A stretch of DNA of 64,000 bases from an uncultured Candidatus Binatia bacterium (GCA_965200965.1 OZ241744.1:2176001-2240000), one strand, 5' to 3'. Shown: positions 38,675-48,082, counted from the stretch's first letter. Program-made: numbers and translations. The notes: a model not told the origin generated them from the letters alone.

Positions 38675-39267
38675 ACCTCACCCCGTCTCTGGCCCGCCTG
38701 GTGGAACAACTCGGCCGGCTGCCGGGCATTGGCGAAAAAACTGCCACCCGCCTGGCCATGTTCATTCTGAGCGCCGACCGTGACTATGCCGAAGCGCTGG
38801 CCGAAGCGGTCTGGGCGGTCAAGACCGAAACGACCCTGTGCCGGGAGTGCTTCGGCCTAGCCGAAGGCGAGCGCTGCGCCATCTGTCTTGACCCCAAACG
38901 CGACGACGACGCGCTGTGTGTCGTTGAGGAGCCGGCCGACCTCATAGCGCTGGAAAAAGTCCACGAGTACCGGGGCCGCTACCATGTTCTGCACGGCGTC
39001 CTGTCGCCCCTCGACGGCGTCGGTCCCGACGAACTCAAGATCGCTCCCCTGCTCGAACGGCTGCACCGCGTCTCAACCCGGGAAGTCATCATCGCCACCA
39101 ATCCGACCACCGCGGGCGAAGCCACCGCCCTGTACCTGGCAAACGTGATCAAACCGCTCGGGCCGCGGGTCAGCCGCATCGCCCGCGGCATCCCGATGGG
39201 CGGCGATGTGGAATACACCGATGTCGTGACCCTGGGCCGCGCCCTTGAAGGCCGGCGGGAGATGTAG
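38671..39267 (+). CDS. recR: Recombination mediator RecR
   Basis: LPGIGEKTA, C4 zinc finger, YHVLHG, TOPRIM. Confidence 0.97.
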   Translation: MNLTPSLARLVEQLGRLPGIGEKTATRLAMFILSADRDYAEALAEAVWAVKTETTLCRECFGLAEGERCAICLDPKRDDDALCVVEEPADLIALEKVHEYRGRYHVLHGVLSPLDGVGPDELKIAPLLERLHRVSTREVIIATNPTTAGEATALYLANVIKPLGPRVSRIARGIPMGGDVEYTDVVTLGRALEGRREM

Positions 39268-39325
39268 CCGCCCGTCTTTACACCCGCCCCGGCCTTTGCT
39301 ACAGAACTTCGTTCCAACGCGGTGA

Positions 39326-39401
39326 TCCTCGGTAGCTCAACCGGCAGAGCAATCGGCTGTTAACCGATGGGTTGTAGGTTCGAATCCTACCCGAGGAGCC
39401 A
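39326..39401 (+). tRNA. tRNA-Asn(GTT)
   Basis: 76 nt, tcctcgg/ccgagga acceptor stem, anticodon loop ctGTTaa, GGTTCGAATCC, CCA. Confidence 0.96.
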
Positions 39402-39436
39402 GCCTTCCCCGCCCGTGCCAAACCTTCCGCTTTGCG

Positions 39437-40815
39437 GTCTGGTTGACCCCGCCGTCTCCAAGTCGTTATATTCTGCGACCGCATCGCTGACAGCGGTAGT
39501 TGGGTCTGGTTGACCCCGCCGTCTCCAAGTCGTTATATTCTGGCGACCGTGGGCGGGGGCTGCGGATGGCGTCTGGTTGACCCCGCCGTCTCCAAGTCGT
39601 TATATTCCTCTGCAAAGCCCCAACCGCGAGGGTCGCTGTCTGGTTGACCCCGCCGTCTCCAAGTCGTTATATTCCCGGCGGCGGGGGAGTACGACCCAAG
39701 CCCCGTCTGGTTGACCCCGCCGTCTCCAAGTCGTTATATTCACCGGCCTACGACTACGCCACCGCCCATGCGGTCTGGTTGACCCCGCCGTCTCCAAGTC
39801 GTTATATTCCCGGCCAGCCCGCGTCCAGCGGCAATGTCCGTCTGGTTGACCCCGCCGTCTCCAAGTCGTTATATTCGCCATTGAGCGCTGGGCCAACGGC
39901 CGAACGGTCTGGTTGACCCCGCCGTCTCCAAGTCGTTATATTCCTGGCCCTCGAGCTCCGTGCCGCGGCCGTGGTCTGGTTGACCCCGCCGTCTCCAAGT
40001 CGTTATATTCGTCAGCGAAAGTGTCACCGGAGATCATACGGTCTGGTTGACCCCGCCGTCTCCAAGTCGTTATATTCACCGGGGGGGGACGCCCCCCCAC
40101 CCAAAATGTCTGGTTGACCCCGCCGTCTCCAAGTCGTTATATTCCAGCGGCGTTCCGTGGACCATCAACTAATTGTCTGGTTGACCCCGCCGTCTCCAAG
40201 TCGTTATATTCTGCAATCGGCGCTGATGCGGAGTGTGGCCCGTCTGGTTGACCCCGCCGTCTCCAAGTCGTTATATTCTGCAATCGGCGCTGATGCGGAG
40301 TGTGGCCCGTCTGGTTGACCCCGCCGTCTCCAAGTCGTTATATTCCGTAGTAGTCTGCGTCGTTCACGATGTTCTGTCTGGTTGACCCCGCCGTCTCCAA
40401 GTCGTTATATTCCGTAGTAGTCTGCGTCGTTCACGATGTTCTGTCTGGTTGACCCCGCCGTCTCCAAGTCGTTATATTCCGTAGTAGTCTGCGTCGTTCA
40501 CGATGTTCTGTCTGGTTGACCCCGCCGTCTCCAAGTCGTTATATTCCGTAGTAGTCTGCGTCGTTCACGATGTTCTGTCTGGTTGACCCCGCCGTCTCCA
40601 AGTCGTTATATTCACCAAGATGCGTGTGGAGGCAGGAGCCGAAGTCTGGTTGACCCCGCCGTCTCCAAGTCGTTATATTCTCATTTTGGCATAGTCTCCG
40701 TCGGACTTCCTGTCTGGTTGACCCCGCCGTCTCCAAGTCGTTATATTCGATCGTCGGGGGCTTGGCGAGTACATGGATGTCTGGTTGACCCCGCCGTCTC
40801 CAAGTCGTTATATTC
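39437..40815 (+). CRISPR. CRISPR array: 21 identical 37-bp repeats (gtctggttgaccccgccgtctccaagtcgttatattc), 20 spacers of 30-31 bp, 16 unique
   Basis: Counted directly. + orientation inferred from tracrRNA complementarity, a TATATT -10-like box at the repeat 3' end, and a downstream hairpin. Confidence 0.98.
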
Positions 40816-40853
40816 AAGCCACACGGAAACCCCCGTGCGGCTTGAACTTTTCT
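40813..40853 (+). terminator. Hairpin between array and cas2 (possible terminator)
   Basis: ttcaagccacacgg-aaaccc-ccgtgcggcttgaa followed by cttttct. Confidence 0.6.
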
Positions 40854-40882
40854 GATCTGGAAGGCGTTGGCACAATGTTTTC

Positions 40883-41188
40883 CTAGAGAAGAACCAGTTG
40901 AACAGGGCGTGGGCTCTCCCTATGCTTACCCCCATTCCAGATGGTCATCATCCGCCCCATCTGCTTCTCGGTAATTTGCAAAACCGACACATGGCCCTTC
41001 TCTGGGCACAGAGCGACGAGCTTGGTAAGCTCCCGCTCGCTCCGGTCTGGCGTACCCACGAACTTGCGGTACACCGAGAACTGCATCATCTCATAGCCGC
41101 GTTTGCGGATGTCATTGTGAAAACGTGTGTATGCCTTGCGGCCCTCTGGGTTGGCTACAGGAAGGTCGTAGAAGACGAGCAGCCACAT
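40883..41188 (-). CDS. cas2: CRISPR-associated endonuclease Cas2
   Basis: MWLLVFYDLP, GYEMMQFSVY, ITEKQ; 101 aa from ATG 41188. Confidence 0.95.
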   Translation of the reverse strand: MWLLVFYDLPVANPEGRKAYTRFHNDIRKRGYEMMQFSVYRKFVGTPDRSERELTKLVALCPEKGHVSVLQITEKQMGRMMTIWNGGKHRESPRPVQLVLL

Positions 41189-41210
41189 GTAACGCGGCCT
41201 TCCCGAAACT

Positions 41211-42113
41211 TCAGGAGAGGAACGGGCAATCTGGATAGCGGACCCGTGTCTCGCGGCCGTCTTCAAGAAACTCTCGATATCCACGCACCACTTCCAGCAC
41301 TGCCCGCTTTACCGGCCCGTCATTCGCAAATGGCTCTAATATCGCTGACTTCACCGCTTTCTGGTCAATGCCGTCCGTGTCGCCTACTCCGAGTGTCACC
41401 GCCGCATCCACGGTCGGGCGGAAAGGCTCCATCAGGTCGGAAGCGAGCGCCCAGGCGTTGGTGCGAGAGGCATGACCAAATCCCAGCGACGGGTCACAGC
41501 CAAGCGCCACAAGGCCGCGCCCCACAGTTGCCAGCAGAACGGCATACCCCCAGTTCAGCAGGCCATTACGCGGGTCATCCTGGTCCGAACGCTTGAAATC
41601 ACTGAACAGACCACGCCAATAGATCGCAGCCGCCTGAGCCTCAACTGTCTCCTGTCCATCCAGCCCCACCTCGTCGGCCAAGCGTCGGACCCGCTGAGCA
41701 CCCCGCGCACCGACCTGTGCCAGGAGCGCCGCCTGTGCCATAATTTTCGCCTGCACGGTGCGCCGCCACAGCCGACGGGCAGCGGCCTGACCCCGCAAAG
41801 CGCGGACTTGGATGCGATGGACTTGTCCGGCGTTCCATCCCGCACTAACCGGCAGAGACAGCGAGACCGGAAGATGCTGCCGGCAAAAAATGACTGGGAT
41901 ACCGCGCTCACCGCAGGCCGCAAGCACCGCGGATGTCACCGTCGCCCGCTCGGTTTCCAGCACAACCGCCAGCACATCGCCGGACGGGAGCGTTACCCGG
42001 CCAGCCTTGTCGCGTCTTTCAACGACGAAGCTATTTGCCTCGAAGCGGATATGGCACCGGCTGGATACCTCCAGGAGCCTTTCCGCGCCTGTGAAGTCGT
42101 CTGCCAAGGACAT
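41211..42113 (-). CDS. cas1: Type II CRISPR-associated endonuclease Cas1
   Basis: EAQAAAIYW, NGLLNWGYAVL, LGFGH, LASDLMEPFRP. Confidence 0.95.
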   Translation of the reverse strand: MSLADDFTGAERLLEVSSRCHIRFEANSFVVERRDKAGRVTLPSGDVLAVVLETERATVTSAVLAACGERGIPVIFCRQHLPVSLSLPVSAGWNAGQVHRIQVRALRGQAAARRLWRRTVQAKIMAQAALLAQVGARGAQRVRRLADEVGLDGQETVEAQAAAIYWRGLFSDFKRSDQDDPRNGLLNWGYAVLLATVGRGLVALGCDPSLGFGHASRTNAWALASDLMEPFRPTVDAAVTLGVGDTDGIDQKAVKSAILEPFANDGPVKRAVLEVVRGYREFLEDGRETRVRYPDCPFLS

Positions 42114-45100
42114 CGCTGCGAAACTTGACTATATTGTTGTCAGGTGTAATCTGCTGTTTCTGTTTCTTTTCACGGGCGGCTTCGTTCACTGGGTAGGCGA
42201 TCAACCGCTTGTCCGCTCGCAGACCGGTTACGACAAAAGCCTTCCTTTCTTTGTTATTGATGACTATATCACCGGACCGGTACACCGGACGCTCTTTCGG
42301 GAAAATGTCGGCGCGTTTCTCGGCATTCATCCGGGCGAACTCGGCGACCGAAATGACCCGCCGGTCTTTGGCGTTTGGCGCGCCAACCACGGCGAACTTG
42401 CCTTCAGCGTTGATGAAAGCGCCCTTTTGACCGGACAGGGAGAGAACTGTTTGGAATCCCAACGGCCTTTTCAGGCCGCGATACCCGACCTTGATTTTCT
42501 TGTCTTGCTGCTCTTTGAGGCGCTTCCTTTGCAGCGTGTCAGTTGGAATCTCCTCGTATCGGGTCAGAATCTCTCTCCCTCCTGGAATGTTCTCGCCGTC
42601 CGGGGCCAATCTTTCCTTGCGGAGAAGTTTCGTCAACTCCTTTCTCGTTTCCCATGTCAGCGAGTAGATATTCCCTCCTCCAAACGCCCCGAGTCCGCTG
42701 CCCATCTTGTCGCCAGGGTTCCAGCGGTTGTCCGCACGATGGGCTGTGTGGATAGTCGGCAGCGTCTGTTCAAGCCGGACGAGGTTGTCCTGAAAGTCCC
42801 TGAACAACCCCTTACCGCCGTTGATCTGATCCAAAGCCGCCTGCAAAGCGCGGGGCTGGTACAGTTCCTCATAGGCGTGTGCATGGCCCAGCCGGTCGAA
42901 GGCAGCCTTGAGAACATGGCTGTCGAAATGGGCCACCAGAAACGCATCAACCGCGTGGTTGCGGAGATCGGAGCGGTCTTTATTGATGCCGAACATGCAG
43001 CGTAGCGCATAGACCGCCCACGCCTTGATCGGCTCGGTTTCTGCCCCAAGGTGGCGCAGATAACGCCGGGCGAGCTTGGTGGACCAGCCGATATTGGCGA
43101 TATCGCGCGCTGCTGGGCCGCCCTTGCGCGGCGTGTAGCCGGGACGACAACGACGGAACAGGGCGGCTTGGTCTTGGGGCCGGAATGGCTGCGCTCCCTT
43201 GCGGCTCGCTCCGCCTCCCTCCTCTGCGTCTGTACCCGGAATGACCGGCGGCCTTTCCAGAGCCTTGAGCACATCGGGGCGCGGTTCACCAAACTCAGCG
43301 AGCCGCTCAAGGTTCTGACGCGCCTGAGTCCGTCTCTCTTCAAGGCGTCCCCGCCTTGGGGAATTCCTCGTCAGTCCGCCAAGCACTTTTTCGATCCCTT
43401 TAATCTGACTGCACAGACCAAAGGTTGCAAACGCTACGAGAGCGGGCTGGAAGCCGGGGTCGTGGCTGAAGGCTTCCCACGGTAGGCACCGGCCTTTCTG
43501 TTGATTGAACCGCGACACGAAAATGTTATTTTCGCGGAAGTCGCCAAACGCGGCCGGCTCAACATGGTCAAGCTGGTATTCGCTGCCATCCACCAGCGCG
43601 CTTGGCTGGATATCGCTCCCGTCGTAGTCCCGCCAGCCTTGACGGACCGCGGCTTTCCAGCAGTCTACCAAGCGGTCAAGCGTAGGACCGGCCGGCATCT
43701 TTTCACCGAGAACCTTCTCGATCCCAGCTTTAATGTCCTTGCGCAACTTCTCGCGGGCACGGTTCGTCTTATTATAGTCCGCAGCTTGCGCCTCTGAGAA
43801 GGTTGAGCGGGCCATCTCGATAGCGCACCGCGTCGGCAGAATACCGCCCATCATCTCGATAATGGCGTTCACCACGGCCCGCAGTCGGTTCATAACCACA
43901 TGCACATCAGGGTTGGCCGCCCGCCCATACTGCTGTTCCTCTGCCACCGTTCGCTCCTCGGGCGCGAACCCCGTCGCCGGGACAATCTCGTCCGGCATGA
44001 CTTGGCCGTAATAGGGAAGCCGCTCATAGATCTCGAGTACTGGTTTCCGCGCTCCCCGTTCCCGGAGTTTGCGGAGATGTTCATCGTGGTCCAGCCCTTG
44101 CGCGTAGCAGTCGCCGAGCAGACGGGCAGCTTTGACAGATATTGATGAAAACCTGTCTTCAAGTTTCTTTGCGACCTTTGCCCGGTCCACCTTTTCCAGC
44201 GCGTCGGGGCCGAACTCTGCCGCGGCCTTGCGCTCCAGGGCTTCGGTGTCGGACTTTTTCCAGGGCGGCAACTTCCCGTCGCTGGCCGAAGGCCAGTGTC
44301 GGCGCAGGAACCGCATTGTCCAGTCATCGCGTTGCTCAATGGGCAGACTGCTCCACGCCTCTCCCAAGGCTCCACCAAGCGCGGCATCGGTTTTGGCTCC
44401 TACCAGTCGCCGCGTCCCAGAGCGGTCGCCCCGGTCGAGTTTCAATTCAATCTCAAGCTCCCTGGAAAGTTCGTTGAGGCTGACCGCCTCACTTGCCGAG
44501 AGAATATCGATCACCCTGTTGAATCTCGCCCTATCAAGGGGCTTTCCACCCTGGTCGCGCAGGGTGTCCGCCTGCTCCAGGCTGCGGAACCACTGGAAGC
44601 TCGGCAGGGCGGCAACACAACGGTACTCGTGGGGGAAATAGCGGCATCGGCCCGGCGTTTTGGTCTGGAGCGGTCGCCTGAACTCCGCGGCCTCTTCAAT
44701 ACGCGCCCAGGCATCGTCATCAATCTCGATTCCCGATGCCTTCCTCAGCATCTCGCACTCCTCATGGATCAGGGAGAAGGTCGGGGTCAGGAACTTGAAC
44801 GCTTCATAGCTCGGCGCGTTGCCGCCGTCCTTCGGCTTCTTCTTCCTGTTCTCCTTCTGCCACGCGAGAGAGCAGTGACGCTTGCGAAACGGAACCTTGT
44901 CCCGTCTGGCATCGCTAGCGCAACGCTCCAGAAACTCGCCGATTGTTCGACAGTCATACTGCTTGATCGCTTGGCAGTAGTCGTCCTCGGTCCGCGTAGC
45001 GAAGCCTGATCCTTCGTCCGGTCCGGCGCGGCCAATGGGTTTCAAGTAGCCGCGACGTTTCAAGGTATTGTATAAAGCCCGCCCTAGGTCGTGGGGATGG

Positions 45101-45654
45101 ACGGAGAACGAGGGGTCAAGCAGCTTGGCCCGAAGCACGTCCGCCTTGATATTGACTTGTCCCTTGGGATATTCGCCCTCTTTGGGCAGCAGCCCGGCAT
45201 TTTGCAGGGCCTTCTTGACGTACAGGCGTCGCCGTTGACGGGCGTCTAACGTGCGGCGCGCTGCCCTGGCCTCCGCGCGAATTTTCGAGAGCGACTTGTC
45301 CGCCTTCTCATGTCGTTCTCGGGCGTCGAACTTGTGCGTACCCAGCGGCACAAAGCCGGGGAGGTCGGGAAGCTGTGTGCGGGTGGCCGACTTCGGCAAC
45401 GTGCGGTTATGGTCGGCAATATCCTCCGCGGTCAGAAAATGCAGGCGCTTGCCATCCTCGAAAAGGATGCACCAGCCGATATTGCCGTTGCCGATGTCAA
45501 AGCCAATGCGGTAGCCGGTAAACGTTCCGAGATTGGCTTTTCTCGTTGAACGCCGCCGCGGACCGGCCGCGGTGTCTACTTCCTCTTGAAACGCCGCGTC
45601 CTCATAATCTTCGGACCGACGATCTATGCGGGCAAATGGCTTCATATCCTCCAT
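42031..45654 (-). CDS. cas9: Type II-C Cas9 (about 1207 aa), divergent
   Basis: RuvC-I GFDIGNGNIGW, Arg-rich bridge helix, KRRGY, RuvC-II IEMAR, HNH LDHVEP..N..NQQKG, RuvC-III RNHAVDA; no csn2 or cas4; start chosen by ggag RBS. Confidence 0.93.
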   Translation of the reverse strand: MEDMKPFARIDRRSEDYEDAAFQEEVDTAAGPRRRSTRKANLGTFTGYRIGFDIGNGNIGWCILFEDGKRLHFLTAEDIADHNRTLPKSATRTQLPDLPGFVPLGTHKFDARERHEKADKSLSKIRAEARAARRTLDARQRRRLYVKKALQNAGLLPKEGEYPKGQVNIKADVLRAKLLDPSFSVHPHDLGRALYNTLKRRGYLKPIGRAGPDEGSGFATRTEDDYCQAIKQYDCRTIGEFLERCASDARRDKVPFRKRHCSLAWQKENRKKKPKDGGNAPSYEAFKFLTPTFSLIHEECEMLRKASGIEIDDDAWARIEEAAEFRRPLQTKTPGRCRYFPHEYRCVAALPSFQWFRSLEQADTLRDQGGKPLDRARFNRVIDILSASEAVSLNELSRELEIELKLDRGDRSGTRRLVGAKTDAALGGALGEAWSSLPIEQRDDWTMRFLRRHWPSASDGKLPPWKKSDTEALERKAAAEFGPDALEKVDRAKVAKKLEDRFSSISVKAARLLGDCYAQGLDHDEHLRKLRERGARKPVLEIYERLPYYGQVMPDEIVPATGFAPEERTVAEEQQYGRAANPDVHVVMNRLRAVVNAIIEMMGGILPTRCAIEMARSTFSEAQAADYNKTNRAREKLRKDIKAGIEKVLGEKMPAGPTLDRLVDCWKAAVRQGWRDYDGSDIQPSALVDGSEYQLDHVEPAAFGDFRENNIFVSRFNQQKGRCLPWEAFSHDPGFQPALVAFATFGLCSQIKGIEKVLGGLTRNSPRRGRLEERRTQARQNLERLAEFGEPRPDVLKALERPPVIPGTDAEEGGGASRKGAQPFRPQDQAALFRRCRPGYTPRKGGPAARDIANIGWSTKLARRYLRHLGAETEPIKAWAVYALRCMFGINKDRSDLRNHAVDAFLVAHFDSHVLKAAFDRLGHAHAYEELYQPRALQAALDQINGGKGLFRDFQDNLVRLEQTLPTIHTAHRADNRWNPGDKMGSGLGAFGGGNIYSLTWETRKELTKLLRKERLAPDGENIPGGREILTRYEEIPTDTLQRKRLKEQQDKKIKVGYRGLKRPLGFQTVLSLSGQKGAFINAEGKFAVVGAPNAKDRRVISVAEFARMNAEKRADIFPKERPVYRSGDIVINNKERKAFVVTGLRADKRLIAYPVNEAAREKKQKQQITPDNNIVKFRSDVLGRRLHRRGKAPGGIQPVPYPLRGK

Positions 45655-45754
45655 ATCCTGTTCTCCATATCCTGCGAGCGGGTCTACTATAGCGACTGAG
45701 CCCCAGCCCTGGAAGCAGCCTGTTGACATTGCCCCGGTATTCCTGTTAAGTGGT

Positions 45755-45886
45755 CAAGACGACTTGGAAACGGCGGAGAGTCAACCCGATAAGGGTTCTC
45801 CCGAGAGATGATCGGTCCAGCGCCGCGGCAACGGACCATCCCCGGCATACCCGGGCGAAGGCCGACCTGATTCGGGTCGGTTTTTT
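45755..45886 (+). ncRNA. tracrRNA
   Basis: Anti-repeat acgacttggaaacggcggagagtcaacccga (45759-45789); TTGACA at 45723; terminal hairpin ccgacc/ggtcgg plus T6 (45862-45886). 5' end approximate. Confidence 0.88.
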
Positions 45887-45910
45887 GTTGTGCGTGTAGT
45901 CTGAGCCCTG

Positions 45911-46002
45911 CCGCATGGCGGGAGCATTAGACGGAATCAAAATCCTGGAACTGACCCGGGTGGGGCCGGGGGCATTCTGCACCATGATGCTGTCCGACAT
46001 GG
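45911..46002 (+). repeat. 92-bp copy of the caiB-like gene 5' end (49443-49534)
   Basis: 89/92 identical by direct comparison. Confidence 0.92.
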
Positions 46003-46127
46003 ACGCCGGGATTGCCGCCCTCGAACGACGACGGGACAAGACCCGCTGCGTCAAGCAGGGCATGATGCCGCAGCTCCCGACCGGGCGGGTGCGGCTGGGC
46101 GAGCCGGTGGAGAAGGTGCAGAACTGA
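46003..46127 (+). pseudogene. hsdS: C-terminal remnant of type I R-M specificity subunit HsdS
   Basis: SDMDAGIAALERRRDKTRCVKQGMMPQLPTGRVRL resembles the conserved HsdS terminal helix; fused in frame to the caiB fragment. Confidence 0.75.
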
Positions 46128-46145
46128 CGCGCTACAGAGGCACTG

Positions 46146-47693
46146 ATGCTTGAGCGGCGTTTCAAGAAGCTCTGGGAGCAGTTGCAGGGCAAAAAACTGC
46201 ATATGCCGCACTTTCTGGCGGAAATCTCCCTCAAAGGCATTCGCGGCATTGACGACCTGCGGGTGCTGTTTGATTACCCGGTCAGCGTCATCGCCGGCGG
46301 CAATGCCAGCGGCAAGTCCACCGTGCTGTTCGCCGCGGCCTGCGCTTACAAGGTTCCGGGAGCCGGCGTCAAAGACTTTGTGCCGTCCACCCTGTTTCCC
46401 GACTATCGCCCCAGAGCGGGGCAACGCCAAGACCACACAGGCGAGATTGTCATTGCGTTTGGCTATGACACGCCCGAGGGCCGCCAGGCCATGCGCTGGC
46501 GGCGGTCCAAAGGCTGGAATCGCAGCTTTCTGGGCCGCAAGAACGCCAGCCAGCCGGAGCGGCCGCTCTATCTCAGGACGCTCAGCAATCTCAGCAACCC
46601 GTCCGAGGTGCGCGGCGTGCTCAGCATGTCGCGCCTGACTGCACTGCCGCAAGAGGCTCCCCTGACGGCCTCACAAATTGAGTTCGCCCAGCAGATGCTG
46701 CCCTTCAGCTATGCCGAGGTCGTCAATCTGTCGAGCGGCACGAAAAACCTGCTGTTTGCCGCCCAGCAAAGCGGCGCGGCCTACTCCGAGTTGCACATGG
46801 CCTCTGGCGAGCGCACCCTCCTGCGGCTGGCACGGGAAATCGCCCAGCTCCGGGGTGCGCTGGTGCTGATTGACGAGGTGGAAGCCGGGCTGCACCCCTG
46901 GGTCCAGCAGCTCCTCATGTTGCAGTTGCAGCAGCTTGCCCTGCGGAACGACCTCCAGATCATCGTGACTTCCCACAGCCCGGTCGTGCTTGACTCGGTG
47001 CCGGCCAACGGGCGCATCTTCCTGGAGCGCGACGAGCAGGGCCGGGTAAGCGTCCGCCCGGCCTACCGCGATATTGTCCAAGATGCCCTGTACGGCCGCT
47101 CGGGCGACGCCCTCAACCTGCTCTGCGAGGACGCCGCGGCCGAAGGGCTGCTGCAAGGCGTTTTTGATGTCTTGCTCCGCCGCCAACGCATCCGGCGGGA
47201 GTCGGTCCGCATCGGGCGAGACACCGGGGCCGGCGAGTTTCCCATGCACGCCACCGCCTTCCGAAAATTCGGCCAGATCGGCAACTTCGTCTTTGTGCTT
47301 GACGGCGACAAGCGCAACAGCGACATTGCCGGCAAGATACACGCGCAAGCCAAACAGGATATCTCGATCCTCTATCTTCCCGGCTCCGACGGCCCGGAAG
47401 TCTGGGTATGGGACCGCCTGCGGCACAACCCGGCCGCAGCCGGGGAATTGCACCTCGATCCCGCCGAACTGTCCGAACGCATGACCCGGCTGGACGCCGT
47501 CTATGACACGGCTTCCGACCCGCCGGCAGCAATAGCCAAGGCCAAGCTGCGCGGTCTGGCCGAACCCCTCGGCCGGGACACACCGGACCTCTGCCGGGTC
47601 CTTGCCCGGCTGGAGGCGGACCGACAAGACAGCGACATCCAGCCCCTGGTGGAAGGGCTGGAAAACGCCCTCCTGCAATGGCGCACCGAGTAG
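46146..47693 (+). CDS. ABC-type ATPase fused to a TOPRIM-like domain (OLD-like ATP-dependent nuclease)
   Basis: GGNASGKST, MASGE, LIDEVEAGLHP, TSHSP; then LLCED and VLDGD. Confidence 0.8.
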   Translation: MLERRFKKLWEQLQGKKLHMPHFLAEISLKGIRGIDDLRVLFDYPVSVIAGGNASGKSTVLFAAACAYKVPGAGVKDFVPSTLFPDYRPRAGQRQDHTGEIVIAFGYDTPEGRQAMRWRRSKGWNRSFLGRKNASQPERPLYLRTLSNLSNPSEVRGVLSMSRLTALPQEAPLTASQIEFAQQMLPFSYAEVVNLSSGTKNLLFAAQQSGAAYSELHMASGERTLLRLAREIAQLRGALVLIDEVEAGLHPWVQQLLMLQLQQLALRNDLQIIVTSHSPVVLDSVPANGRIFLERDEQGRVSVRPAYRDIVQDALYGRSGDALNLLCEDAAAEGLLQGVFDVLLRRQRIRRESVRIGRDTGAGEFPMHATAFRKFGQIGNFVFVLDGDKRNSDIAGKIHAQAKQDISILYLPGSDGPEVWVWDRLRHNPAAAGELHLDPAELSERMTRLDAVYDTASDPPAAIAKAKLRGLAEPLGRDTPDLCRVLARLEADRQDSDIQPLVEGLENALLQWRTE

Positions 47694-47845
47694 CGCCTCG
47701 CGGTCTTTTTCCGACCGTTTTTTAGTCGTACAATTGTCGCCATAAAACCGGAGCAACGCCACATCGAGACGATGTGGCACCTGCGGAGCTCCAGATGTCG
47801 CCGGCTTGACAATGCCGGCCCTACACCGGGCGTGACAAAAACAGT

Positions 47846-48079
47846 CGCTACAACGGCAAGAGCCACGAGCATACCAACCATATCGAAGACGAGACATTCT
47901 ATGATTTTCACATACACCTCGCAACGGAACGCTACCAACAGCGTGGAACGCGGGAGGACGCCTACGCCAAGCCAACCAACCGTTACGATGACTTTTCCAG
48001 CGCCCTTCGTTGCCTGATTGCCGACGCCAATCTTGAGGCCCCGTCCGATCCACAGGGGAACCTCTTTGAGGAGGGGTGA
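47846..48079 (+). pseudogene. 5'-truncated His-rich gene preceding the DUF1828-like gene
   Basis: Open frame RYNGKSHEHTNHIE..FYDFHIHLATERYQ..EDAYA ending 3 nt before the next gene; upstream in-frame TGA and no start; absent from the ORF track. Confidence 0.6.
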
Positions 48080-48082
48080 GCA

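Noticed and set aside
39474-40778. Self-targeting spacers
   Set aside because: No match noticed elsewhere in the window by eye; an exhaustive search was not possible.
39500-40855. ORFs within the CRISPR array
   Set aside because: Translations of repeats and spacers.
41189-41284. N-terminally extended 133-aa Cas2
   Set aside because: The extension overlaps cas1; the family motif starts at MWLLVFYD.
42031-45729. Cas9 as catalytically dead, IscB-like or transposon-associated
   Set aside because: Catalytic residues are present, size and REC region fit Cas9, cas1/cas2 are present and no tns genes are seen.
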